64,000 nt of DNA from Burkholderiaceae bacterium (lineage in GTDB: Bacteria > Pseudomonadota > Gammaproteobacteria > Burkholderiales > Burkholderiaceae_D), in assembly GCA_036755305.1 (NCBI GenBank), contig DAIONG010000007.1:76047-140046 (forward strand), in the 5' to 3' direction. The position numbers and the translations under genes were made by a program. The stretch's first letter is position 1, and each line of letters starts with the position of its first letter. This document shows positions 8,764-22,328 of this stretch, in pieces. The notes under the pieces were generated by a model, which saw nothing but the letters and a program-made list of their open reading frames with translations, ran no database searches and was not told where the DNA came from.

Positions 8764-10143
8764 ATGCAACATGCGTCGCAAGCTGCACTGTTTTCGCTGA
8801 TCGGCGATACCCCGCTGGTAGAAGTCACCCGGATCGATACCGGCCCCTGCCAGCTGTTCCTCAAGCTCGAATCGCAAAACCCGGGCGGCTCCATCAAGGA
8901 CCGCATCGGCAAGACCATGATCGAGCAGGCCGAGCACGACGGCCTGCTGCAGCCCGGCGGCACCGTGATCGAAGCCACCGCCGGCAATACTGGCCTGGGC
9001 CTGGCGCTGGTGGCGCGCATCAAGGGTTACCGCGTGGTGCTGGTCGTGCCCGACAAGATGGCGGCCGAGAAGGTCCTGCACCTGAAGGCGCTCGGCGCCG
9101 AGATCCACCTGACCCGCTCCGACGTCGGCAAGGGCCACCCCGAGTATTACCAGGACTATGCGGCGCGCCTGGCCAAGGAAATCCCCGGCGCCTGGTTCGC
9201 CGACCAGTTCAACAATCCGGCCAACCCGCGCGCCCACGAAACCACCACCGGCCCCGAGATCTGGGACCAGACCAACCACAAGCTCGACGCCATCGTGGTC
9301 GGCGTCGGATCGAGCGGCACCCTCACCGGCCTGTCGCGCTATTTCAAGAAGACCCAGCCCCTGCTCGAATTCGTGCTGGCCGACCCGCAAGGCTCGATCC
9401 TGGCCGAGTACGTCAAGACCGGCCACGTCTCGACGCATGCGGGTTCGTGGGCGGTCGAGGGCATCGGCGAAGATTTCATTCCCGGCATCGCCGACCTGTC
9501 GCGCGTAAAAACCGCCTACACCGTCAGCGACGAGGAGAGTTTCTCGACCGCGCGCCTGCTGCTGCAGCAGGAAGGCATCCTGGCCGGCTCGTCGACCGGC
9601 ACCCTGCTGGCCGCCGCGCTGCGCTATTGCCGCGAGCAGACCCGCCCCAAGCGCGTGGTGACCTTCGTGTGCGACACCGGCACCCGCTACCTGAGCAAGG
9701 TGTACAGCGACGGCTGGATGGTCGACCAGGGCCTGATCACGCGCCCCAAAACGGGCGACCTGCGCGACCTGATCGGCCGCCGCCACGATCTGGGCGAAGT
9801 CATCACGCTGTCGCCCGACGACACGCTGCTCACCGCCTTCAACCGCATGCGCTCGAGCGACCTGCAGCAGCTGCCGGTGGTCGACCACGGCGGCCGGCTG
9901 CTGGGCCTGATCGACGAATCCGACCTGCTGCACCAGGTGACGCAGGATACCGCGCGCTTCAATGCGCCGGTGTCCGGCACCATGACGACCGAACTGCAAA
10001 CCCTGCATCCGGCGGCGAGCATGGGCCAGCTGCGCGAAATCCTCGACCGTGGCCTGACCGCCGTCATCGCCGACGGGCCGCAATTCTATGGCCTGATCAC
10101 GCGCTACGACCTGCTCAACCATCTGCGAAGGACCCTGTCTTGA
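8764..10143 (+). CDS. cystathionine beta-synthase (PLP cysteine-synthase fold plus C-terminal CBS pair)
   Basis: 459 aa with a GGAGG Shine-Dalgarno 5 nt upstream. The PLP lysine motif (NPGGSIKDR) is present, and the last roughly 130 aa form tandem CBS domains. Confidence 0.85.
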   Translation: MQHASQAALFSLIGDTPLVEVTRIDTGPCQLFLKLESQNPGGSIKDRIGKTMIEQAEHDGLLQPGGTVIEATAGNTGLGLALVARIKGYRVVLVVPDKMAAEKVLHLKALGAEIHLTRSDVGKGHPEYYQDYAARLAKEIPGAWFADQFNNPANPRAHETTTGPEIWDQTNHKLDAIVVGVGSSGTLTGLSRYFKKTQPLLEFVLADPQGSILAEYVKTGHVSTHAGSWAVEGIGEDFIPGIADLSRVKTAYTVSDEESFSTARLLLQQEGILAGSSTGTLLAAALRYCREQTRPKRVVTFVCDTGTRYLSKVYSDGWMVDQGLITRPKTGDLRDLIGRRHDLGEVITLSPDDTLLTAFNRMRSSDLQQLPVVDHGGRLLGLIDESDLLHQVTQDTARFNAPVSGTMTTELQTLHPAASMGQLREILDRGLTAVIADGPQFYGLITRYDLLNHLRRTLS

Positions 10144-11333
10144 CTAATCCATTGAAACATCCAACCGAATTCAAGCGGCACCTGGCAACCCGCGTCATCC
10201 ACGGCGGCCAGGCGCCCGAACCGGCCACCGGCGCCGTCATGCCGCCCATCTTCGCCACCTCGACCTTCCGTCAGGAGAGTCCCGGCGTGCACAAGGGCCT
10301 CGACTACGGCCGCTCGCACAACCCGACGCGCTGGGCGCTGGAGCGCTGCGTGGCCGACCTCGAAGGCGGCCGCGCCGCCTTCGCCTTCGCTTCCGGCCTG
10401 GCCGCGATCGCGGCGGTGCTCGAACTGCTGCCGGCCGGCTCGCACATCGTGGCCGGCGACGATATGTATGGCGGCACCTACCGCCTGTTCGAGCGCGTGC
10501 GGCGCGACAGCGCCGGCCTGTCGTTCACCTACGTCGACCTGTCCGATCCCGACGCGCTGGCCGCCGCCATCAAGCCCGAGACGCGCATGGTGTGGGTCGA
10601 GACCCCGACCAACCCAATGCTCAAGCTGGCCGACCTGACGGCGATCGCCGGCGTCTGCCACGCGCGCGGCATCATCAGCGTGTGCGACAACACCTTCGCC
10701 AGCCCGATCAACCAGCGCCCGCTGGAGCACGGCTTCGACATCGTGGCGCACTCCACCACCAAGTACATGAACGGCCACTCGGACGTGATCGGCGGCGTGG
10801 CCGTGGTCGGCGCCGGCGACGCCCAGACCGGCCTGGCCGAGAAGCTCGGCTTCATCCAGAATGCCGTCGGCGCCATCCAGGGGCCGTTCGACAGCTTCCT
10901 GGTGCTACGCGGGATCAAGACGCTGGCACTGCGCGTGGAACGCAGCAATGCCAACGCGCTGCTTCTGGCCAGCTGGCTCGAACAGCAGCCGCAAGTTCGC
11001 AAGGTGTATTACCCGGGCCTGGAATCGCATCCGCAGCACGCGCTGGCGCGCCACCAGATGCACGGCTACGGCGGCATCGTCGCGATCGACCTCGACACCG
11101 ACGAAGCCGGCGCGCGGCGCTTCCTGGAAACCTGCGAGGTGTTCACGCTGGCCGAAAGCCTGGGCGGCGTGGAGAGCCTGATCGAGCATCCGGCGCTGAT
11201 GACCCACGCCAGCATTCCGCCGGAGCGGCGCGCCGAACTCGGCATCGGCGATGGGCTGATTCGCTTGTCGGTCGGCATCGAGCATGTCGACGATCAGCGC
11301 GAGGATTTGCGGCGGGCGCTGGCCGCGATCTGA
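10140..11333 (+). CDS. cystathionine gamma-lyase / Cys-Met metabolism PLP enzyme
   Basis: The ORF track frame starts at 9447. I chose the TTG at 10140, which overlaps the CBS stop codon (TTGA). It would be 397 aa and carries the family motif (STTKYMNGHSDV). Confidence 0.8.
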   Translation: MTNPLKHPTEFKRHLATRVIHGGQAPEPATGAVMPPIFATSTFRQESPGVHKGLDYGRSHNPTRWALERCVADLEGGRAAFAFASGLAAIAAVLELLPAGSHIVAGDDMYGGTYRLFERVRRDSAGLSFTYVDLSDPDALAAAIKPETRMVWVETPTNPMLKLADLTAIAGVCHARGIISVCDNTFASPINQRPLEHGFDIVAHSTTKYMNGHSDVIGGVAVVGAGDAQTGLAEKLGFIQNAVGAIQGPFDSFLVLRGIKTLALRVERSNANALLLASWLEQQPQVRKVYYPGLESHPQHALARHQMHGYGGIVAIDLDTDEAGARRFLETCEVFTLAESLGGVESLIEHPALMTHASIPPERRAELGIGDGLIRLSVGIEHVDDQREDLRRALAAI

Positions 11334-11337
11334 GCAC

Positions 11338-11383
11338 CGTAACGTTGGCCTCGGCGGCCGCGCGCTTCGGCGCCAACGTTACG
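11338..11383. terminator. long inverted repeat between convergent genes (putative bidirectional terminator)
   Basis: CGTAACGTTGGC (11338-11349) pairs with GCCAACGTTACG (11372-11383), a 12-bp perfect stem around a GC-rich loop. It overlaps the MCP stop codon. Confidence 0.45.
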
Positions 11384-12965
11384 CCGCGAGCAATGCGTGG
11401 GATGCGGGCGCCGGCAAGCTACTGCGCAATTTGAAGGTCGCTACCAGCGCCGACAACTCGGCCGCCTGCTGGCGCATCGAGGCCGCCGCGGCGGCGGCTT
11501 CTTCCACCATCGCCGCGTTCTGCTGGGTAGACATGTCGATCTCGGCGATCGACTTGCTGACCTGGGTGACGCCGTCGGCCTGGCCCGCGCTGGCGGTATG
11601 GATCTGACCCAGAATGCCGGCTACCTCGTGCACGTGCTGCAGCATGGCGCGCATGGTCGAGCCGGCCGATTCGGCCATGCCGGTGCCGGCCTCGATCTCG
11701 CTCGACGATTCACCAATCAGCTTCTTGATTTCCTTGGCCGCCCCGGCCGAGTGCTGGGCCAGGTTGCGCACTTCGCTGGCCACCACGGCGAAGCCGCGGC
11801 CTTCGCTGCCGGCGCGCGCCGCTTCCACCGCCGCATTCAGCGCCAGGATATTCGTCTGGAAGGCGATGCTGTCGATCATGCCGGTGATGTCCACGATGCG
11901 CGCGGCCGAGGCCTTGATCGCGCCCATGCGCGCCACCAGCTGCTCGACCGCCCGCGCGCCTTCGGTAGCCACGCCGGACGCCGTCTGGGCCAGGGCGTTG
12001 GCGTTCTTCGCATTCGCGTTGTTGCTGGCGATCGCTTCGCTCAGTTCGTCCATCGCGGCCACGGTCTGGCGCAGCGCGTCGGCCTGGCGCTCGGTGCGGG
12101 TCGACAGGTCCTGGTTGCCTTCGGCGATCTCGCTCGAGGCCGAATCGATCGCCTGGGCGCCGACCAGCACCTGCGACACGGTGCTCGAGACGCCGTGGGT
12201 CATGCCGTTGAGGGCGTCGAACAGGCGGCCGATCTCGTCGCTGCGCTGGTGGTCGATAGTCGGACGCAGGTCGCCCTTGGCCACCTGCTCGGCCAGCATG
12301 GCGGCCTGCTGCAGCGGCACCACCAGGTTGCGGCTCAAGGCCCAGGCCAGGCCGGCGCCGACCAGCAGCGCCGCGCCACCCAGGCCCAGCAGCAGGGTCT
12401 TGCTGAAGCTCGATGCGGAGGTGGATTCGTCGGCCAGGCGGTGCGCCTCGCTGCTTTCATACGCGAGCAGCGCTTCGAGCGCGCCGATCTTGGCCTTGTA
12501 GCCGGGTTCCCATTTCTGGGTCAGGATCTCTTCGACCAGGCCGGTCTGGCCCAGGTCCTTGGCCTTGAACAGCGCTTCCTGCACGGCGCCCAGCGCGGCC
12601 TTGTGGCGGGCGGCGTCCTGCAGCAGCTTGCGTTCGCTCTCCGAGACCGGCAGCTTGGCCAGCTTCGCCTCGATGGCGGCGATGTTCTTGCGGCCTTCCG
12701 TCAACTGGGCCTGGAAATAGTCCGCCAGCTCCAGGCTGTCGCTGCGCGCGATCGAGACGGTGCGCGAGCCGTTCAGGCGTTCGATGCCGAGCAGGTCGGA
12801 GACCAGCTGTTGCTTGGCCAGCTTGTCATGGACCAGATTCGAGGTGATGACGTCCGCCGCGTGCATGCGCCATACCGCGACGGCGGCAATGATCACGATG
12901 ACGAGGGAGAGGATGCCGAAAGCGCCGATGAGCTTGGCGGAGGTGTTGAGTTGTGCGAGTCGCAT
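11379..12965 (-). CDS. methyl-accepting chemotaxis protein
   Basis: 528 aa. It has an N-terminal TM helix, a four-helix-bundle sensor, HAMP, and the highly conserved MCP signalling hairpin ([20 protein letters not shown]). Confidence 0.9.
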   Translation of the reverse strand: MRLAQLNTSAKLIGAFGILSLVIVIIAAVAVWRMHAADVITSNLVHDKLAKQQLVSDLLGIERLNGSRTVSIARSDSLELADYFQAQLTEGRKNIAAIEAKLAKLPVSESERKLLQDAARHKAALGAVQEALFKAKDLGQTGLVEEILTQKWEPGYKAKIGALEALLAYESSEAHRLADESTSASSFSKTLLLGLGGAALLVGAGLAWALSRNLVVPLQQAAMLAEQVAKGDLRPTIDHQRSDEIGRLFDALNGMTHGVSSTVSQVLVGAQAIDSASSEIAEGNQDLSTRTERQADALRQTVAAMDELSEAIASNNANAKNANALAQTASGVATEGARAVEQLVARMGAIKASAARIVDITGMIDSIAFQTNILALNAAVEAARAGSEGRGFAVVASEVRNLAQHSAGAAKEIKKLIGESSSEIEAGTGMAESAGSTMRAMLQHVHEVAGILGQIHTASAGQADGVTQVSKSIAEIDMSTQQNAAMVEEAAAAAASMRQQAAELSALVATFKLRSSLPAPASHALLAA

Positions 12966-13115
12966 GGGTAGTCCGTGATGAGGTGGGACAACGATGCGTG
13001 CAGTTTAGAAATGTTATATGACACAGTCATGAACTTACATTTCAAGAATTACCATAATCCTTTATAAATCTAGTTGCATTAAAATTAATTTACTTATCAG
13101 AATTGCCATTTACGG

Positions 13116-13430
13116 TCAGAGCGCAGCGATTTCGTCGATCAACTTGGGGTTACGATCGATCAGGCTCAGAAGAATGGCCGCCTGCGCATTAGGCTTGGCC
13201 GTGCCCTGCTCCCAATTTTTGATGGTCTGAGGATTGGTGCGCAACTTGCGCGCAAAGACTGGCTGCGATACGCGCAGCTTTTCCCGCACCGCCCTGACCT
13301 TCGCCGCGTCCATGACAGGCGGCGCCTTGATTTCCACCTCCGACGTTTTGAGGGTGAGCTTTCCCTGACGTGCCTCTTCCAGGGCGTCGAAGCCTTCCAT
13401 CAGTTCGGAAAAAATATTTCGATTGGTCAT
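13116..13430 (-). CDS. XRE-family HTH antitoxin (HigA-like)
   Basis: 104 aa with an HTH (VSQPVFARKLRTNPQTIKNWEQG). It overlaps the upstream toxin gene by 4 nt and lies in a low-GC islet. Confidence 0.75.
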   Translation of the reverse strand: MTNRNIFSELMEGFDALEEARQGKLTLKTSEVEIKAPPVMDAAKVRAVREKLRVSQPVFARKLRTNPQTIKNWEQGTAKPNAQAAILLSLIDRNPKLIDEIAAL

Positions 13431-13774
13431 TTTTTGCTACTCCTTGCCTTGATTTCCAGATCTAGACGCTGTTTCAACGCCTTGCGTTCGTCCACCGTTA
13501 GATCATCCGCCTGGTCCTTGTCGTAGACGGTGAATAACCAGAATTGGTCGTCGGGATCCTTCCAAAAATAGATTACTCGCAAGCCACCGCGCTTACCCTT
13601 GCCTCGCCGCTCGTCACCGTACCTGATTTTCCTCAGTCCTCCGGCCCCCTTGATGACGGCGCCAGCGATCGGATCCTTCATCAATTCGTTCTGAAAGTCC
13701 TTGAACGAGTCGTCATCAAAGTACTCATTACGCAACCGCTCGAACGGAGGAAGTTCGATAAAGGTGGCTTTCAT
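13427..13774 (-). CDS. RelE/HigB-family type II toxin
   Basis: 115 aa, basic (GGLRKIRYGDERRGKGKRGGLRVIYFW). The toxin-first gene order is typical of HigBA-type modules. Confidence 0.7.
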   Translation of the reverse strand: MKATFIELPPFERLRNEYFDDDSFKDFQNELMKDPIAGAVIKGAGGLRKIRYGDERRGKGKRGGLRVIYFWKDPDDQFWLFTVYDKDQADDLTVDERKALKQRLDLEIKARSSKK

Positions 13775-13801
13775 GTAGTGTACCCAAGTTGGGGATGTTT
13801 G

Positions 13802-13818
13802 AGTTTAATTTTTAAACT
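13802..13818. promoter_or_regulatory. palindrome upstream of the toxin gene (putative TA operator)
   Basis: AGTTTAA-TTT-TTAAACT lies 28-44 nt upstream of the toxin ATG. Confidence 0.4.
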
Positions 13819-13884
13819 TTAGCTGCGTCGTCCGGAGCTTCATTGCGCTACGCTGACAAACCATGATGTCGTCCGGCGACACAT

Positions 13885-13915
13885 AAAAAAACCCGCGACA
13901 CATCCGTGCGCGGGT
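13885..13915 (-). terminator. intrinsic terminator of clpA
   Basis: Stem ACCCGCG (13891-13897) pairs with CGCGGGT (13909-13915). An A-run on the plus strand gives a U-tract on the minus strand. Confidence 0.75.
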
Positions 13916-13965
13916 TTCCTGGCGAGGCGGCAGGATGCCGCCTGATGTGGTGCAGCCGATCGCGA

Positions 13966-16266
13966 TTATTCGATCTCGACCGTCTCCGCCGGCGCCGGTG
14001 GCGGCAATGCGTCGCCTTCCGGGAACTCGAGGATCACGTCGTCCTTCTCGTTCAGGTCGACCGTCACGCGTCCGCCATTGGTCAGGCGGCCAAACAGCAG
14101 CTCGTCGGCCAGCGCCTTGCGGATCATGTCCTGGATCAGACGGGACATCGGACGCGCGCCCATCGCCGGATCGAAGCCCTTCTGGCCGAGGAACTTGCGC
14201 AGCTTCTCGGTGAACACCGCTTCGACCTTCTTCTCATGCAGCTGCTCTTCGAGCTGCATCAGGAACTTGTCGACGACGCGCAGGATGATGTCTTCGTCCA
14301 GCGCACGGAAGCTGATGATCGCGTCCAGGCGGTTGCGGAACTCCGGCGTGAACATGCGCTTGATGTCGGCCATCTCGTCGCCGGTCGCGCGCGAATCCAC
14401 GAAGCCCAGCGAGCGCTTGGTCAGGCTCTCGGCGCCCGCATTGGTGGTCATGATGATGATCACGTTGCGGAAGTCCGCCTTGCGGCCGTTGTTGTCGGTC
14501 AGGGTGCCATGGTCCATCACCTGCAACAGGATGTTGAAGATGTCCGGATGGGCCTTCTCGATCTCGTCCAGCAGCAGCACCGTGTGCGGCTTCTTGGTGA
14601 TGGCCTCGGTCAGCAAACCGCCCTGGTCGAAGCCGACGTAGCCCGGCGGCGCGCCGATCAGGCGCGACACGGCGTGACGCTCCATGTACTCGGACATGTC
14701 GAAACGCACCAGCTCGATGCCCAGGATGAAGGCCAGCTGTTTCGCCACCTCGGTCTTGCCGACGCCGGTCGGACCGGAGAACAGGAAGGAGCCGATCGGC
14801 TTGTCGGTCTTGCCCAGGCCGGCGCGCGCCATCTTGATCGCGGCCGACAGCGCCTCGATCGCCGGGTCTTGACCGAACACGACGTTGCGCAGGTCGCGGT
14901 CGATCGTCTGCAGCTTGCTGCGGTCGTCCTGGTTGACCGTTTGCGGGGGAATCCGCGCGATCTTCGCGATGATGTCCTCGATCTCGGTCTTGCCGATGGT
15001 TTTCTTCTGCTTCGACTTGGGCAGGATGCGCTGTGCCGCGCCCGCTTCGTCGATGACGTCGATCGCCTTGTCCGGCAGATGACGGTCGTTGATGAAGCGC
15101 GCCGCCAGCTCGGCCGCGGTCGACAGCGCCGACGCCGAATACTTGACGCCATGGTGCTCTTCGAAGCGCGATTTCAGGCCGCGCAAGATCGCCACGGTCT
15201 GCTCGACCGACGGTTCGTTGACGTCGACCTTCTGGAAACGACGGCTCAGTGCATGGTCTTTCTCGAACACGCCGCGGAATTCGGTGAACGTGGTCGCGCC
15301 GATGCACTTCAGCTGGCCGTTGGCCAGGGCCGGTTTCAGCAGGTTCGAGGCATCGAGCGTGCCGCCCGAAGCCGAGCCGGCGCCGATGATCGTGTGGATC
15401 TCGTCGATGAACAGGATGCCGTTCGGGGTATCCTTGATCTGCTTGAGCACGGCCTTCAGGCGCTGCTCGAAATCGCCGCGGTACTTGGTGCCGGCCAGCA
15501 GCGCGCCCATGTCGAGCGAGAACACGACGGCGTTCTGCAGGATCTCGGGCACGTCTTCCTGCACGATGCGCCAGGCCAGGCCTTCGGCGATCGCGGTTTT
15601 ACCCACGCCGGCCTCGCCCACCAGCAGCGGGTTGTTCTTGCGGCGGCGGCACAGGATCTGGATCACGCGATCGACTTCTTCCTCGCGTCCGATCAGCGGA
15701 TCGATCTTGCCGTCGGCAGCTGCCTTGTTCAGGTTCTGGGTGAACTGGTCGAGCGGCGATTCTTTCGCCTGGCCTTCGACCTGCGCTTCTTCCACGCCTT
15801 CGGACGCCTTCTGGGTGTCCATCTGCTGGTCCTTGCGGACGCCATGCGAGATGAAGTTGACGACGTCGAGGCGGGTCACGCCCTGCTGGTGCAGGTAGTA
15901 AACAGCATGCGAATCCTTCTCGCCGAAGATCGCGACCAGCACATTGGCGCCGGTGACTTCCTTCTTGCCGTTCGAGGCCGACTGCACGTGCATGATCGCG
16001 CGCTGGATCACGCGCTGGAAACCGAGCGTCGGCTGGGTGTCGACCTCGCCCGTGCCTGGCACGGTCGGGGTGTTATCACCGATAAAATTAGTCAAGGTCT
16101 TGCGCAGGTCTTCGATATTGACCGCGCACGCACGCAGGACTTCGGCGGCCGATGGATTATCGAGTAGCGCAAGCAGCAGGTGTTCCACGGTGATGAACTC
16201 GTGGCGTGCCTGGCGAGCCTCGACAAAGGCCATGTGTAGGGATACTTCAAGTTCCTGCGCAATCAT
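13966..16266 (-). CDS. clpA: ATP-dependent Clp protease ATP-binding subunit ClpA
   Basis: ORF track end is 16368. I chose the ATG at 16264-16266 ([24 protein letters not shown]...), which overlaps the clpS stop (ATGA). Two AAA+ modules are present (GEAGVGKT and GPTGVGKT). Confidence 0.92.
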   Translation of the reverse strand: MIAQELEVSLHMAFVEARQARHEFITVEHLLLALLDNPSAAEVLRACAVNIEDLRKTLTNFIGDNTPTVPGTGEVDTQPTLGFQRVIQRAIMHVQSASNGKKEVTGANVLVAIFGEKDSHAVYYLHQQGVTRLDVVNFISHGVRKDQQMDTQKASEGVEEAQVEGQAKESPLDQFTQNLNKAAADGKIDPLIGREEEVDRVIQILCRRRKNNPLLVGEAGVGKTAIAEGLAWRIVQEDVPEILQNAVVFSLDMGALLAGTKYRGDFEQRLKAVLKQIKDTPNGILFIDEIHTIIGAGSASGGTLDASNLLKPALANGQLKCIGATTFTEFRGVFEKDHALSRRFQKVDVNEPSVEQTVAILRGLKSRFEEHHGVKYSASALSTAAELAARFINDRHLPDKAIDVIDEAGAAQRILPKSKQKKTIGKTEIEDIIAKIARIPPQTVNQDDRSKLQTIDRDLRNVVFGQDPAIEALSAAIKMARAGLGKTDKPIGSFLFSGPTGVGKTEVAKQLAFILGIELVRFDMSEYMERHAVSRLIGAPPGYVGFDQGGLLTEAITKKPHTVLLLDEIEKAHPDIFNILLQVMDHGTLTDNNGRKADFRNVIIIMTTNAGAESLTKRSLGFVDSRATGDEMADIKRMFTPEFRNRLDAIISFRALDEDIILRVVDKFLMQLEEQLHEKKVEAVFTEKLRKFLGQKGFDPAMGARPMSRLIQDMIRKALADELLFGRLTNGGRVTVDLNEKDDVILEFPEGDALPPPAPAETVEIE

Positions 16267-16565
16267 ACTTCCTCCATCACGCACTGCAGGGGGTGCCCGG
16301 CCTTGCGCGCATGCGTTAAGACAAACTCCACTTTGGTACACGCTATATCTTTGGAAAACACCCCGCATACCCCTTTACCATGACGGTGAACAGAGAGCAT
16401 GATCTGGGTTGCGGTTTCGCGATCCTTGTTGAAGTACTCCTGGATCACGGCGACCACGAACTCCATCGGCGTGTAGTCATCGTTCAGTAGCGCCACCTGG
16501 TACAGCGGAGGCGGTTTGACGGTCTGCCGCTCAAGCAGTTGTTCGGTATCGTGCTTCGTTGCCAT
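16263..16565 (-). CDS. clpS: ClpA adaptor protein ClpS
   Basis: 100 aa with the ClpS core ([17 protein letters not shown]...[16 protein letters not shown]). Confidence 0.92.
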   Translation of the reverse strand: MATKHDTEQLLERQTVKPPPLYQVALLNDDYTPMEFVVAVIQEYFNKDRETATQIMLSVHRHGKGVCGVFSKDIACTKVEFVLTHARKAGHPLQCVMEEV

Positions 16566-16883
16566 GGGGTTATTCTAATACTTCCGAGGTTGGTGCCAAG
16601 CGTAAACATCAGCTCGTTTTCTGGTGCTTCCATCTTACGCGTTTTCGGATATTTGCGCAGATGGCGTTCCGATTGAGTAAATCAAGAGCACCGGCAGGTT
16701 GGCGCGGAAATATTTGGCAATGGGCACGCAAAAGCGCTTGACTTCAGTGATTATTCCACCAACAATGCAGTTATTGACATTGTACTTATGTACTTGTTGA
16801 TAAGAAGTGAGCAGGCTGAGGAGGGGGCAAGAAGCTTCTTGCTTTTATGGCTCGTGTGATTTGTTAAATTTGAAAGTTCTTTT

Positions 16884-17087
16884 ATGGCAACTGGTACTGT
16901 TAAGTGGTTCAATGATTCCAAAGGCTTTGGCTTCATCACTCCTGATGACGGCGGCGAGGATCTGTTTGCTCACTTCTCCGCGATCAACATGAACGGTTTT
17001 AAGACCCTCAAAGAAGGTCAAAAAGTCCAATTCGAAGTCACGCAAGGCCCTAAAGGCAAGCAAGCTTCCAATATCCAGGGCATGTAA
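16884..17087 (+). CDS. cold-shock domain protein (CspA/CspD family)
   Basis: 67 aa with RNP1 (KGFGFI) and RNP2 (DLFAHF) motifs. It is divergent from clpS, as cspD is in E. coli. Confidence 0.92.
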   Translation: MATGTVKWFNDSKGFGFITPDDGGEDLFAHFSAINMNGFKTLKEGQKVQFEVTQGPKGKQASNIQGM

Positions 17088-17110
17088 TCATTCCCCTCCC
17101 GGAAGCAAGG

Positions 17111-17136
17111 AACCCCGCGCAGGCGGGGTTTTTTTT
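17111..17136 (+). terminator. intrinsic terminator of the csp gene
   Basis: AACCCCGC-GCAG-GCGGGGTT followed by T8. Confidence 0.85.
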
Positions 17137-17139
17137 CGC

Positions 17140-17448
17140 CTAGCGATCCTGCGTTGCCTCATTCGTCCAGCCGCTCGCCCCCACGAAGGCTGCCGCGTCG
17201 GCGAGAATCGCCTGCAACTGGTCGTCGCTCACCGCATCAGGCGCGGCGTCCGGACCGTTGCGCTGCAGTGCATCCAGCGCCTCGTCGTAACGGCGCACCA
17301 GCGACGCGGCGCGTTCGGCCAGGTCGGGCGCAAGCAAGCCCGTTGCCGTTGTCGCGCGCAACTGCTCGGGATCGGCATGCCGCTGGAACGCATAGATGAA
17401 ACGTCCGATTCTTTCGTATCTGGCCTGGCTGATTGATTCTTCGCTCAT
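17140..17448 (-). CDS. hypothetical acidic, probably helical protein
   Basis: 102-aa ORF with GC-rich third codon positions. It lies 34 nt downstream of icd on the same strand. I recognise no family. Confidence 0.5.
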   Translation of the reverse strand: MSEESISQARYERIGRFIYAFQRHADPEQLRATTATGLLAPDLAERAASLVRRYDEALDALQRNGPDAAPDAVSDDQLQAILADAAAFVGASGWTNEATQDR

Positions 17449-17482
17449 GCTGTCTCCTTATGCGAACTGGATTAAACGACGC

Positions 17483-18736
<1,254 letters not shown>

Positions 18737-18864
18737 CCATTCCTCCATTAGGGCGGCGGCCGGCGGGGCGAACTCGCTTACAATGACGCCCGGCATGCCG
18801 CCACGAGACATCGGCTTGCCCTGCATTATGCCTCAGCTATTCTCATCCGCTCACACGCCTTTCC

Positions 18865-19410
18865 ATGCCCCTGATTCTCTTTAACAAGCCATTCCAGGTC
18901 CTGTGCCAGTTCTCGCCGCAGGAGGGCCGCGAATCGCTGGCCGACTATCTCGATATTCCAGGCATCTACCCCGCTGGCCGGCTCGATGCCGACAGCGAAG
19001 GCCTGATGCTGCTGACCGACGACGGCAAGCTGCAGCACAAGATCGCCCACCCCGACCACAAGGAAGCCAAGACCTATCTGGTGCAGGTGGACGGCGTGCC
19101 GGACGCCGCTGCGCTGGCGCGCCTGCAGGCGCCGCTCGACCTGGGCGACTTCGTGACCAAGCCGTGCCGCGCGGTGCGCATCGCCGAGCCCGAATGGCTG
19201 TGGCCGCGCAATCCGCCGATTCGCGCGCGCCAGGACAAGCCGACCGCGTGGATCGCGATCACGCTCGAGGAAGGCAAGAACCGGCAAGTGCGGCGGATGA
19301 CGGCGGCGGTGGGCTTCCCTACCCTGCGCCTGGTGCGCAGCAGTATCGGCCCGTTTTCATTGGCCACGCATCCGTTGATGCCCGGCGAATATACCGAGGT
19401 AAGGATATAA
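18865..19410 (+). CDS. rluE: 23S rRNA pseudouridine synthase RluE
   Basis: 181 aa with the RsuA/RluE family catalytic motif (AGRLDADSEGLMLLT) and C-terminal NRQVRRMTAAVGFPTLRL. It is divergent from icd, as in E. coli. Confidence 0.85.
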   Translation: MPLILFNKPFQVLCQFSPQEGRESLADYLDIPGIYPAGRLDADSEGLMLLTDDGKLQHKIAHPDHKEAKTYLVQVDGVPDAAALARLQAPLDLGDFVTKPCRAVRIAEPEWLWPRNPPIRARQDKPTAWIAITLEEGKNRQVRRMTAAVGFPTLRLVRSSIGPFSLATHPLMPGEYTEVRI

Positions 19411-19445
19411 AAAAAACCCGCCGACCTCACGGTGCGGCGGGTTTC
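19411..19445. terminator. bidirectional intrinsic terminator
   Basis: A6, then CCCGCCG (19417-19423) paired with CGGCGGG (19435-19441), then TTT. It sits between the convergent rluE and monomeric IDH genes. Confidence 0.75.
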
Positions 19446-19462
19446 TCATTGCGGCCTGCAGC

Positions 19463-21694
<2,232 letters not shown>

Positions 21695-21967
21695 GCACAT
21701 TTTCCTCGGTAGTCGCGAACGCTGTCGCGATTATAAAACTGACAATTGGCCACAGGCCAAGACCCGGGCGCACCGCGCTGATGCCGGACATTCTACCCCT
21801 CCCGGCTCCGGGATGGCAGATCGCAAAGGAGTGAACACACCCCTGCGGCGGCTGGCGCCGAAGTCTTCTATAAGACATAAGACGCGCCATATTATGCCCG
21901 AGCTTTGCACGGGATACCAGTTTTTAAGCGTTCGACAAGATATCGAGAGAAAAACGAAGCGCCAAGC

Positions 21968-22000
21968 AAAAAAACCCGCCAGGACCGAAGTCGGGCGGGT
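21968..22000 (-). terminator. intrinsic terminator of rpsT
   Basis: ACCCGCC (21974-21980) pairs with GGCGGGT (21994-22000). An A-run on the plus strand gives a U-tract on the minus strand. Confidence 0.75.
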
Positions 22001-22061
22001 CTTTCCAACTGCACAGAACTTTGCCGTCGCGGCCCCTCAGGGCCGCGTCGCACGCGGGCTA

Positions 22062-22328
22062 TTAAGCCGACAGTGCTTTCAGGGCTGCAGCCAGGCGGCT
22101 CTTGTGACGTGCTGCCTTGTTCTTGTGGATGATCTTCTTGTCAGCGATGCTGTCGATCTTCGACACGGATTGCTGGAAGATGGTGGTCGCGGCAGCCTTG
22201 TCGCCAGCCTGGATGGCTTTGCGGACGGCCTTGATTGCGGTGCGCAGGGTCGAACGCTGCGCCGAGTTGTGTGCGTTTTGCTTAACTGCTTGACGAGCGC
22301 GTTTGCGCGCTTGTGCGGTATTTGCCAT
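22062..22328 (-). CDS. rpsT: 30S ribosomal protein S20
   Basis: ORF track end is 22364. I chose [21 protein letters not shown]... (88 aa), a typical S20 N-terminus. Confidence 0.92.
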   Translation of the reverse strand: MANTAQARKRARQAVKQNAHNSAQRSTLRTAIKAVRKAIQAGDKAAATTIFQQSVSKIDSIADKKIIHKNKAARHKSRLAAALKALSA

